Positions 35,931 to 44,269 are shown, counted from the stretch's first letter. The stretch: 64,000 nt of DNA from Erysipelotrichaceae bacterium (GCA_013334325.1 JAAXXT010000007.1:7983-71982); one strand, 5' to 3'. The notes: generated by a model not told the origin, from the letters alone. Numbers and translations are program-made.

Positions 35931-36580
35931 AATGTTTCTCCTTTCATCCAATCGCTTCTAAGGATCAAATGATCGAAGCACACGAGTGGATTATGAATGG
36001 GTAGACTAGACTTATACTTCTCGTTGATCATCGTATAGACGATGGGAACGTTAAGCGCTTTTGAGATGACTTCTAGCTCTGCTTGAGCTTTGAGAATCAT
36101 AGAAGGATCAGTTTGATCCAGAAGATGGGTATTATGAACGAAACCACTGATACGCAAGTGACTGCGAGATTCAAAGAGTTCGATCATAGGTTTGATTTGA
36201 TCAAAGAAAGATTCTGGTCGATTCGCATTCACTACCAACCAAACTTGGGCATTTTGAAGCACATCTTCAAAACTGGCCAAAGGCTTCAAGCCATTTTCAC
36301 TTCCTGCACAATCGATGATCAAAGGGATATTTTGAGATATGGCGCCTCTTAGATTACCGCTCATGGCAGGAAAATCTTGATTGATATGATTGGGTAAGAT
36401 GCTTCCTAAGACATCGACACCTTTTGATTTTAACCAAAGGGCTTGTTCACGAGGTCTAAAATAAGGGTTGATCACATCCAGATCAGCCAAAGCACAAGGT
36501 GCTTTTAATAAAGCCAATTGAGAAGCGAATTCGCTTTTGCCTACCCCATACGCTCCTGTTATGATAAGAACTTCACTCAT
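35927..36580 (-). CDS. P-loop NTPase, SIMIBI (MinD/CooC/Mrp-like) appearance, function unknown
   Basis: 217 aa. Walker A GAYGVGKS at residues 9-16 and a Walker B-like PLIIDCAG. ATGA overlaps with both the leucine dehydrogenase and delta subunit genes. Confidence 0.6.
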   Translation of the reverse strand: MSEVLIITGAYGVGKSEFASQLALLKAPCALADLDVINPYFRPREQALWLKSKGVDVLGSILPNHINQDFPAMSGNLRGAISQNIPLIIDCAGSENGLKPLASFEDVLQNAQVWLVVNANRPESFFDQIKPMIELFESRSHLRISGFVHNTHLLDQTDPSMILKAQAELEVISKALNVPIVYTMINEKYKSSLPIHNPLVCFDHLILRSDWMKGETL

Positions 36581-37659
36581 TTGGTGGCGATGTGGATACT
36601 GGAGATCTTACTCATCATTTCGATACGACGTTCAGCCATGCGTTCAGCCACCAAGTACGATGGTGTATTACTGTCTTTTGATTCACGAATGATTTCGCGA
36701 ATGCGATCATAGATCAAGTCTATCGCATGCATAGACGCTTCTTTATTATACCCGATTTTTTCTTGATAAACGTTGATGAGTCCACCTGCATTGATGACAT
36801 AATCAGGTGCGTAAACGATGCCTAATTCATGAAGCATCAACCCATGTTTATTCGTATCTTCCAATTGATTGTTGGCACTACCTGCGATGATCTTGGCTTT
36901 GATGTAAGGAATCGTCTTATCGTTTAAGGTGGCTCCTAAGGCACAAGGCGCATAGACATCTACATCTAATGTATGAATAATGTCCTTATCAACGATGGTT
37001 GCCCCTGTTTTTTCAGAGACTTCTTTTAAGGCTTCTTCATCGATGTCTGAGATATAAAGGATGGCCCCTTCTTCATGAAGAAGATCAGCCAATACAGCGC
37101 CTACATGTCCTACGCCTGAAATCGCAACTTTGATGCCTTCTAATTTAGAGGTACCGATTTCTTCTTTAACACAGGCCTTGATGCCTTTTAAGACACCATG
37201 CGCTGTAAACGGAGAAGGATCTCCTGAGGTGGTCGGTAGACCCATGACATGATCTGTTTCCATCTTAACTAAATTCATATCTAAAGGAGAGGTTCCTACA
37301 TCTTCAGCGGTGATAAAACGTCCACCCAGTGAATCTACATATCTTCCAAAGGCTCTCCAGAAAGCTTCTCGTTTAACGGTATCTTTACGTAAGGCTTTAG
37401 AATTCCCTATGATGACAGCTTTTCCTCCACCAAGATTCAAACCAGCACAAGCTGCTTTCTTGGTCATACCACGAGCTAAACGCATGACATCCAAGACAGC
37501 TTCTTCTTCATTCTCATATTCCCAGACTCTTGTCCCACCCAAAGCAGGACCCAAAGTGGTGTTATGAATGCAGATGAAACCCTTTAAGCCAGAGTTACGA
37601 TCATACAAATAAATGAGCTGTTCGTAACCGTACTTCTCCATATACTCGAATTTAAGCAT
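36577..37659 (-). CDS. leucine (branched-chain amino acid) dehydrogenase
   Basis: 360 aa. GPALGGTRVWEY, KAACAGLNLGGGKAVI and GVGHVG Rossmann motifs of the Glu/Leu/Phe/Val dehydrogenase family. Confidence 0.9.
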   Translation of the reverse strand: MLKFEYMEKYGYEQLIYLYDRNSGLKGFICIHNTTLGPALGGTRVWEYENEEEAVLDVMRLARGMTKKAACAGLNLGGGKAVIIGNSKALRKDTVKREAFWRAFGRYVDSLGGRFITAEDVGTSPLDMNLVKMETDHVMGLPTTSGDPSPFTAHGVLKGIKACVKEEIGTSKLEGIKVAISGVGHVGAVLADLLHEEGAILYISDIDEEALKEVSEKTGATIVDKDIIHTLDVDVYAPCALGATLNDKTIPYIKAKIIAGSANNQLEDTNKHGLMLHELGIVYAPDYVINAGGLINVYQEKIGYNKEASMHAIDLIYDRIREIIRESKDSNTPSYLVAERMAERRIEMMSKISSIHIATK

Positions 37660-37759
37660 TATGTTCTCCTTGTGAAGCCTGTCGACTGTTATGGCTTCTC
37701 GTCAACCCTATTATATCAAAAGAGTATCATCGATGAAAGCCCTTTCATCAAGGTTTCAT

Positions 37760-38821
37760 CTAATACGATTTAAGGCTTTCTTCTTTCCTTAAGTAGCGAC
37801 ATCCACCACTGGCCAAGGCACGCATTTCATCTTCACCTGGATAAACAGAGACAGGTGCAATCCAAGAAACACGTTTCTTAAGTTCTTCGATAAGATAGGT
37901 ATTATAAGCAACTCCACCCGTAATCAAGATCTGATCGACTTTACCATTGACTACAGTTGAGAAAGCTCCGATCTCTTTCGCGATTTGATAGATCATCGCA
38001 TCTAGGATAAGTTTCGCATGAGGATCCGTAAGTGATCTTTCATAGACTTCTTTCACATCACTGGTCCCTAAATGAGAGACAAGACCCCCTTTCCCAACCA
38101 AAAGCTTGGCGATCTTCTCATAATCAGAATTGTTTTCTTTGATGACTTGAAGCACCATACGAGAGGTCAAACCACCCGCTCTTTCAGGTGAGAAAGGTCC
38201 TTCCCCATCCAAAGCGTTGGAGACATCGACGACCCTGCCTTTCTCATGGATCCCAACAGAGATTCCTCCACCGATATGCGCAATCAATAGATTTAGATCC
38301 GTTATGGATTTATGGATTGACTTAGCGTATTCTAATGCGATCTGTTTCGTATTGAGGGCGTGAAATCCACTTCTACGCTCCATGCCTTTTAAACCACCAA
38401 CTCGAGCTAAATCACTGTATTCATCAGTCATAGGCGCATTGACGAAAACGACTTGTTTAGAAGTTTCTTTTCCCCATTGATAACCGATACAAATACCTAC
38501 ATTAGAGATATGAGATCCATTGCGTTCATGACTGATGTCATCATATACTGCCTCATCGACCAGATAGATGCCTCCTGGGATAGGTTTAGTGACAGCCCCT
38601 CTTACGACGATAAGATCCATGTCTTTTAAAGACACATTTTGCGACTTCAACCATGAATCGATGACATCTTTTCTAAACTGAGTTTGAGATAAGACATTAG
38701 GAAAGACATCGAGTTCAGATGAAGTATGTCTAAAAGTTTGACTAGAAGTCATCGTTTCATCTTCAAATAAAGCGATTTTACTGGATGTAGAACCTAGATT
38801 TAAGATAAAGAGTTTCGCCAT
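37760..38821 (-). CDS. buk: butyrate (branched-chain fatty acid) kinase
   Basis: 353 aa. ILNLGSTSSKIALF N-terminus, HIGGGISV, and the acetate/butyrate kinase fold pattern. Confidence 0.9.
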   Translation of the reverse strand: MAKLFILNLGSTSSKIALFEDETMTSSQTFRHTSSELDVFPNVLSQTQFRKDVIDSWLKSQNVSLKDMDLIVVRGAVTKPIPGGIYLVDEAVYDDISHERNGSHISNVGICIGYQWGKETSKQVVFVNAPMTDEYSDLARVGGLKGMERRSGFHALNTKQIALEYAKSIHKSITDLNLLIAHIGGGISVGIHEKGRVVDVSNALDGEGPFSPERAGGLTSRMVLQVIKENNSDYEKIAKLLVGKGGLVSHLGTSDVKEVYERSLTDPHAKLILDAMIYQIAKEIGAFSTVVNGKVDQILITGGVAYNTYLIEELKKRVSWIAPVSVYPGEDEMRALASGGCRYLRKEESLKSY

Positions 38822-38829
38822 ATGGCCTC

Positions 38830-39729
38830 CTAGCTTTGAGCCATTAAAATGGCTAATAAGATTGAATTAAACTTCGCCTCATCACTGTCTGAGCGTGAGG
38901 TCAATACGATGGGGGCTGCTGCCCCACTGATGACACAGGCGACTGTACCTTTTGCGAAATAGGTGATTGTTTTATAGAGTATATTGCCTGATTCGATGTT
39001 GGGCATAAGTAGAATGTCTGCTTTGCCTGCATTTGGACTTGTCATACCTTTATGATGGGCTGCTTCTACTGAAATTGCCCCATCAAAGGCAATCGGCCCA
39101 TCGACTTCACAACCTAAGATCTCTCCTGCTTTTTGAAGCTGGCTCAGTTCATCCGCATCTAGTGTAGCCTGCATTTTAGGATTCACCTTTTCAACTGCGC
39201 ATATGACTGCAACCTTAGGATTTATGATCCCTAAAGCTTTGGTGACAGGGATACAGTTCTCGATGATCTGTTTTTTGTCTTGGACATTAGGGGCGATGTT
39301 CATGGCCCCATCGCTCATAAGGAAGGCTTTCTCATAGCCAGGGATACTAAATACGGTCACGTGCGATAGAAGATGATCCGTTCTTAGACCCCATTCTTTA
39401 TTGAGGACTGCCTTTAAAAGAATGGATGTATCAACGAGACCTTTCATAAGAAGATCTGCTTGATGAGACGACACCAGCTTAACGGCTACTTCACAAGCCA
39501 TGACCTTATCTGGCTCATGAATGATCTGTGTTGATTTAAGATCGAAATGATGGGCTTTACTGAGCTCTCTGATGAGTTGTTCATCTCCAACTAAGATCGC
39601 TGAGACATAGCCTAGATTAACAGCTTTGGATACCGCTAATATGACTTCCTCATCCGCAGCTGCAGCTACTGCTAAGACTGTTTTCTTGTGGAATAAAATA
39701 CGTGCTTGTAATGTTTCTTGAAGGTTCAT
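38830..39729 (-). CDS. ptb: phosphate butyryltransferase
   Basis: 299 aa from the ATG at 39729 (AAGGAG 7 nt upstream). Phosphate acetyl/butyryl transferase pattern (LMKG..DT, SDGAMN, SRSDS). Confidence 0.9.
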   Translation of the reverse strand: MNLQETLQARILFHKKTVLAVAAAADEEVILAVSKAVNLGYVSAILVGDEQLIRELSKAHHFDLKSTQIIHEPDKVMACEVAVKLVSSHQADLLMKGLVDTSILLKAVLNKEWGLRTDHLLSHVTVFSIPGYEKAFLMSDGAMNIAPNVQDKKQIIENCIPVTKALGIINPKVAVICAVEKVNPKMQATLDADELSQLQKAGEILGCEVDGPIAFDGAISVEAAHHKGMTSPNAGKADILLMPNIESGNILYKTITYFAKGTVACVISGAAAPIVLTSRSDSDEAKFNSILLAILMAQS

Positions 39730-39765
39730 AAAAACTCCTTTTGTTTTATTATACAAAAACAAAAC

Positions 39766-41007
39766 CTAATAGGTTCGTCTTTGAGTAATCTTATTGGTTT
39801 GAAGCTGATAAGCTGCGTTTAAAAAATCAAAATAGGCCCCTGGTGTAATGATCCCATTGAGTCTAAATAGACCTATGTTTTTATCTTTTATGAAGTGATC
39901 AACCAAATCAACACAGTTGGTCCCAAAAGCAAAATAGGTCTTAAAGTAACCTTGAGTAAATTTATAGAAACTCGCATGGGTCGCATCAGATAAACGTTGA
40001 ACGTAAGGTAAAGGATCTTTCGTCTCAAAATGAGGTTTCCACTCTTTGGTTCTTAAGATGAGCTCTTCTAAACGCCCTTGAAAACGAAGTCTTTGATTCT
40101 CATCCATATCATAGACAAAGCCTATCATACGCTTCTTTTCAACGCCTATACAAAACTCTAAATACGCTTGAGGATCACTGACGATCAATACACCATCGCC
40201 TATACTGTTATTCCAATGACGATGATCTGGATCATGGGCTCCATAAGAATAGATCTTGTTTTGATAGATGAAATCAAGATGTCCTAGATTATCAGATTTA
40301 TTACCTTTCATATGGAAAAGGATCTCCAATTGATTTGGATTAATAGGTTCATATTTCGTATTGATCTCTAAACCTAGATTTAAGAATTGAGTCAATACTC
40401 GTCTAGGGTACAACATGGCCACAAAATGAGGTAAAGGTAATCTAAATAGACGATTGATCTGTTTACCTAAAAAACCAGTCGTAACCAATTGTATGCCTTG
40501 TAGAGTTTGAAATAGACCCACATAGATCATATAGAAACCAGCCACCCAAAGCAGTCTTAATAAACTAGGTGCTGGATCAAATAGCAAGATAAAGGCAAAC
40601 CCTACTGATATGATCGCATCGATCAATGGCCATAGACGAGGTCTAACATCATCGATACGATACACATAATAAATCATTGTTTTAGAGATGGCTTCGATTA
40701 AAGCCCATAGTCCATAAACGAAAGGAATCATCGCTAAGCGCATTTCAGGAATGCGCCATAAGAGAACACTAATGATTAAAAGAAAACCCGCATTCCATAA
40801 GTGCTGGGCCTTTTGACTTTGTTTGGTTTCAGTAAAGAATTCGACAACTTGTATGAGACATAAGATGATCAAGGCAATTCGATTAAGCAAGACTAGTATC
40901 TTAGAAATCATATCGATTTCTAAGAATAGTAGAACACCTAAACTAAGGATGAGGAGTCCTGAAAGTAGGACACTGGAGTTTCTTATTTGATTCTTAAAGA
41001 TGTTCAT
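39766..41007 (-). CDS. membrane protein: N-terminal multi-span domain plus a C-terminal soluble domain with a His...Cys pair
   Basis: 413 aa. The first 190 aa or so hold about six hydrophobic helices (HdeD/DUF308-like look). The C-terminal part carries GHLDFIY...GAHD and GTNCVDLV. No confident family call. Confidence 0.5.
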   Translation of the reverse strand: MNIFKNQIRNSSVLLSGLLILSLGVLLFLEIDMISKILVLLNRIALIILCLIQVVEFFTETKQSQKAQHLWNAGFLLIISVLLWRIPEMRLAMIPFVYGLWALIEAISKTMIYYVYRIDDVRPRLWPLIDAIISVGFAFILLFDPAPSLLRLLWVAGFYMIYVGLFQTLQGIQLVTTGFLGKQINRLFRLPLPHFVAMLYPRRVLTQFLNLGLEINTKYEPINPNQLEILFHMKGNKSDNLGHLDFIYQNKIYSYGAHDPDHRHWNNSIGDGVLIVSDPQAYLEFCIGVEKKRMIGFVYDMDENQRLRFQGRLEELILRTKEWKPHFETKDPLPYVQRLSDATHASFYKFTQGYFKTYFAFGTNCVDLVDHFIKDKNIGLFRLNGIITPGAYFDFLNAAYQLQTNKITQRRTY

Positions 41008-41055
41008 AAATAAAGTATAGTGTTTCCTAAGGATAGATACAACCCTTCAAACAAA

Positions 41056-41080
41056 AACAACAGAGTTTATCTCTGTTGTT
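41056..41080 (-). terminator. rho-independent terminator after the 65-aa gene
   Basis: AACAACAGAG / tttat / CTCTGTTGTT is a perfect 10-bp stem with T-rich tracts on both strands. Confidence 0.75.
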
Positions 41081-41096
41081 TTATTAGTAAGATGAT

Positions 41097-41294
41097 TTAA
41101 CCACCTCTGCGATTGATGGTTCCTCGACCTATCCCATGTTTGACCATGGCATGATGGCCTTTACTGACCAATCCACGAAAAACATGCTGACCTACTGATC
41201 TTGGATCATTTTTAAGTGGGGCATAATCACCGTGATGAGTATTTATAGGCTGTGGTGAATGTCCTAATGACCCCAGTTTGATTTTCTGAAGCAT
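41097..41294 (-). CDS. small basic His/Gly-rich protein, unknown function
   Basis: 65 aa (7 His, C-terminal GRGTINRRGG). Strong SD AAGGAGGT 7 nt upstream, its own consensus-like promoter, and a terminator. Confidence 0.55.
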   Translation of the reverse strand: MLQKIKLGSLGHSPQPINTHHGDYAPLKNDPRSVGQHVFRGLVSKGHHAMVKHGIGRGTINRRGG

Positions 41295-41306
41295 TAAGTG
41301 ACCTCC

Positions 41307-41333
41307 TTGAACAAGTCATGAAGCCTTGTTCAA
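41307..41333 (-). promoter_or_regulatory. 5'-UTR hairpin abutting the SD of the 65-aa gene
   Basis: TTGAACAAG / 9-nt loop / CTTGTTCAA. On the mRNA the 3' arm runs directly into AAGGAGGT, sharing 2 nt. Confidence 0.45.
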
Positions 41334-41337
41334 CTTC

Positions 41338-41365
41338 AGTATAATCCTTTAAGATATCTTGTCAA
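41338..41365 (-). promoter_or_regulatory. candidate sigma-A promoter of the 65-aa gene
   Basis: On the minus strand, TTGACA (41365-41360), 16 nt, TATACT (41343-41338), directly after the zur stop codon. Confidence 0.5.
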
Positions 41366-41371
41366 CTTAGC

Positions 41372-41767
41372 TTAATGAGCTCTATTTTCATTCATTTGGC
41401 AGTTAGTACATATGCCTTCGATTTCTAAACGATGATGTAGTACTTTAAAACCTTCAATGGATTCTTCTAGATGGATAGGACATTCTTTTAATGGAATACT
41501 TTGATGACACACGACGCATTTGACCACATGATGGCCATGACTATCCTTGAGAGCGAAATGTTTTTCTTTAGGTTGGAATTCATCACTGAGTTCAATAAGA
41601 TCTACTTCTAGAAAGGATTCCACGACTCTATATAAGGTCGCAAGAGGTATTGTAGGACATAAGACTTGAACTTGAGCGACACTTAAAGGACTCAGAGATT
41701 TCTCAAAAGCCGATAAGACTTCTAATCGAGCTGATGTCTTCTTAAGCGAAAGTGGCCAAGTGATCAT
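41372..41767 (-). CDS. zur: Fur-family transcriptional regulator, zinc uptake regulator by context
   Basis: 131 aa. Winged-helix N-terminus, HHVVKCVVCHQ and CTNCQ metal-site Cys pairs. Last gene of the znu operon. Confidence 0.8.
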   Translation of the reverse strand: MITWPLSLKKTSARLEVLSAFEKSLSPLSVAQVQVLCPTIPLATLYRVVESFLEVDLIELSDEFQPKEKHFALKDSHGHHVVKCVVCHQSIPLKECPIHLEESIEGFKVLHHRLEIEGICTNCQMNENRAH

Positions 41768-42561
41768 CGTCTTAACCTTCTTATTGGAAGCAATGCTAAA
41801 TAGGTCAAGACAGCCAATAGAACGACTGTACCTCCTGGTTTAGCACCAATATAGAACGATAAGATCAAACCTCCCACCATATAAAACAATGAGAATAATA
41901 TTGACCAAACCAAGGTCGATTTGTAACTCTTGGATAACTGTAATGCGCTCGCCACAGGCAAGATCAAAAGTGAAGATAATATCAAAGTTCCAACAGTCTT
42001 AGCAGCGATACTTAAGGTGACTCCCAGCATGATCATAAAGATCAAGTTAACTAATTTTACGTTGACGCCTGCATGTTGAGCTAAGTTCTCATCAAAGGTC
42101 ATCGCGAAGATCTCTTTATAAAACAAACGATAAACAACGATGACGATCAAGACAACGATCGAAATCAAGAACACTTCTTCTTGAGATATGGCTACGATAG
42201 AACCAAATAGGAAGGCTGTAAAGCGATTGGTGTCTCTTACAAACGATGATAGAGTTCCTGCTAAACCTATCCCCAAAGACATTAAAATCGCGATTGAAAC
42301 ATCCGCATAATGAGGTAATCTTTTACGTAAGACATCGATGAGAAATACCCCTAAGAGAGCTGTTACAAGTGAACTGATCAAAGGGTCTATTCCTAAGATC
42401 AAACCGATCGCAACACCAGCTAAAGTCGTATGAGCTACCGCATCCCCTACCATAGACATACGTCTTAACACAATGGTTTGTCCAATCAAGGGCGCCATTA
42501 AACCTACTAAGATCCCTACCCATAAAGCACGGATCATGAAATCATAATTAAAGATGTTCAT
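41764..42561 (-). CDS. znuB: metal (Zn/Mn) ABC transporter permease
   Basis: 265 aa, 8-9 spans, ABC-3 family look (DAVAHTTLAGVA). Confidence 0.9.
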   Translation of the reverse strand: MNIFNYDFMIRALWVGILVGLMAPLIGQTIVLRRMSMVGDAVAHTTLAGVAIGLILGIDPLISSLVTALLGVFLIDVLRKRLPHYADVSIAILMSLGIGLAGTLSSFVRDTNRFTAFLFGSIVAISQEEVFLISIVVLIVIVVYRLFYKEIFAMTFDENLAQHAGVNVKLVNLIFMIMLGVTLSIAAKTVGTLILSSLLILPVASALQLSKSYKSTLVWSILFSLFYMVGGLILSFYIGAKPGGTVVLLAVLTYLALLPIRRLRR

Positions 42562-43279
42562 GGGTCTCTCCTAAATGGGTATGACGATGAGCCAGTTCTT
42601 CTTGGATCGATGGTGCATCCAATTGTAAGACATCGACTTCTTCTAGACAAAAGATACGATCAGATACGCTTTGAGCGAGGGCTAAATCATGGGTGATCAT
42701 GAGTATCGTTAATCCTTCTTCTTGAAAGGATTTAAGTAAACGAAAGAGTTCTAAAGTAAAATTCGCATCTAAGGCACTGCTTGGTTCATCTAGGAATAAA
42801 ACTTTAGGTTGAATACACAAAGCTTTGGCGATGAATACACGTTGACGTTGACCCCCTGATAATTCAGAAAGTTGTTTATGGATGTAGGATTCTAAACCCA
42901 TCTTTTTCAACATGGCTTTCGCACTTTCAATCTGATGAGCTTTGGGATTTTTAAATAATCCAAGAAGCGGTGTATAAGCACTGACGACGATCTCTAGTGC
43001 TGTCGCAGGAAAGCCATCGTGTTGAGAGAATTCATGTTGACCGACATAGACTCGTTCCGTTGGTTTAAGTTGAACTTTTGTCAATGGATCGATCAATGAG
43101 ACTGTTCCTTCTTGAGTTTCGATGACTCCAGCCAACACTTTGAGTAAAGTGGTCTTGCCTGTCCCATTGTTTCCTATGAAAGTGACCCATTCTCCTTTTT
43201 TAACCTCACAGGTGAAATTCTTAAAAAGGGTCTTTCCTGGGTATGCATAACTAAGATGCTTTGCGTTGAGGATGGTCAT
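42548..43279 (-). CDS. znuC: metal ABC transporter ATP-binding protein
   Basis: 243 aa. Walker A GNNGTGKTT, signature SGGQRQR, Walker B LFLDEPSS. Confidence 0.9.
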   Translation of the reverse strand: MTILNAKHLSYAYPGKTLFKNFTCEVKKGEWVTFIGNNGTGKTTLLKVLAGVIETQEGTVSLIDPLTKVQLKPTERVYVGQHEFSQHDGFPATALEIVVSAYTPLLGLFKNPKAHQIESAKAMLKKMGLESYIHKQLSELSGGQRQRVFIAKALCIQPKVLFLDEPSSALDANFTLELFRLLKSFQEEGLTILMITHDLALAQSVSDRIFCLEEVDVLQLDAPSIQEELAHRHTHLGETHEHL

Positions 43280-43280
43280 A

Positions 43281-44162
43281 TTAATTGAGTGCTTTCTTGA
43301 GCCATTCTAAGTTTTCTCTCATTAAACTGAAGTAGTCTTCATTAGAAGCGACCTGAGCTGAATTTAAGCTTTCTATAGGACGTAATACACCTGTTAAGGC
43401 ACCTGTTTCTTTGGCGATGGTCTTGGCGATGTCTGTATTGGCTTCGTCTTCATATAGGATATAAGGAATCTTATAGGCTTTGACCACATCGATGATTTGA
43501 GCCATGATCGTCGCAGAAGGTTCCGCATCTGGCTCTAGACCCATGATAGGAATCATCGTTAAATTGAACTCTTGAGCTAAATAACCGAAAGCCGCATGAT
43601 TGGTTACGAATTCATTTCGAGTTCTATTCTTTATCGCATCGGTATATTCTGCTTTTAGTTGAGTAAATTCCTGATTATACAGTTCATAGTTTTGTGTATA
43701 GGTTGGCTCATGAGTAGGATCTAACTCAATGAGATAATCCTTTATGATTGAAAACATACTTTGAGCGTTGGTGATACTGGTCCAGATATGAGGATCGATC
43801 TGATTTGTATTTTGATCGATCAAGGTCTCAAAACCATCACTAAGGACCAAGACATCAACATCGTTAGACTTAATATTGTCATAGATGTCATTGAACCAAG
43901 GTTCAAAATCATTCCCCAAGATCATGATATGTTTGGCTTCAGTTAAGATCTTCATATCTTGTGTACTGGGTTCAAATTCATGAGGTTCCCCTCCGCCTTG
44001 AGTCAAGTTGATGACATTCACCAAATCTCCCCCTATTTTTTCAGTGAAGTCTTCTAGAATATAAAAACTCACAACGATGTGGATCTTACCATCGTCTTTG
44101 GGTTGTTGAATACATGCATTTAATCCAAATAATAAAAGTAATGTTAAACCTATTTTTTTCAT
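43281..44162 (-). CDS. znuA: metal-binding lipoprotein (TroA/ZnuA/AdcA family)
   Basis: 293 aa. Lipobox LFGLNAC. EPHEFEP and DPHIW metal-ligand His motifs. Confidence 0.9.
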   Translation of the reverse strand: MKKIGLTLLLLFGLNACIQQPKDDGKIHIVVSFYILEDFTEKIGGDLVNVINLTQGGGEPHEFEPSTQDMKILTEAKHIMILGNDFEPWFNDIYDNIKSNDVDVLVLSDGFETLIDQNTNQIDPHIWTSITNAQSMFSIIKDYLIELDPTHEPTYTQNYELYNQEFTQLKAEYTDAIKNRTRNEFVTNHAAFGYLAQEFNLTMIPIMGLEPDAEPSATIMAQIIDVVKAYKIPYILYEDEANTDIAKTIAKETGALTGVLRPIESLNSAQVASNEDYFSLMRENLEWLKKALN

Positions 44163-44170
44163 ACTACTCC

Positions 44171-44193
44171 TAAATGAGAATCATTCTCATTTA
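44171..44193. promoter_or_regulatory. Zur box (perfect 11-1-11 palindrome)
   Basis: TAAATGAGAATCATTCTCATTTA pairs at all 11 positions. It has the same AAT-N-ATT-centred architecture as Firmicute Zur boxes and lies between the -10 and the SD of znuA. Confidence 0.8.
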
Positions 44194-44194
44194 A

Positions 44195-44223
44195 AGTATA
44201 GTCTTATTGATTAAGCTCTTCAA
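44195..44223 (-). promoter_or_regulatory. candidate sigma-A promoter of znuACB-zur
   Basis: On the minus strand, TTGAAG (44223-44218), 17 nt, TATACT (44200-44195). The Zur box starts 1 nt downstream of the -10. Confidence 0.55.
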
Positions 44224-44245
44224 GAGGATTGCCTACTAAAAAGAA

Positions 44246-44265
44246 AAGGAATCCTAGGATTCCTT
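44246..44265 (-). terminator. rho-independent terminator after the papain-like gene
   Basis: AAGGAATCCTAGGATTCCTT is a perfect 20-bp palindrome, followed on the minus strand by TTTCTTTTTAG. Confidence 0.7.
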
Positions 44266-44269
44266 CAAC

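Noticed and set aside
37660-37759. Hairpins GATGAAAG/CTTTCATC and GAAGCC/GGCTTC between buk and the leucine dehydrogenase gene as an attenuator or riboswitch
   Set aside because: The stems are short (6-8 bp) with a very small or very large loop, and there is no following U-tract or conserved motif. They may mark an internal processing or promoter region, but the evidence is too thin to call.
41097-41294. Zur-regulated zinc-independent ribosomal protein paralogue (L31/L33/S14/L36 type)
   Set aside because: The sequence shows none of the conserved motifs of those ribosomal proteins, and no Zur-box-like palindrome is present in its promoter region.
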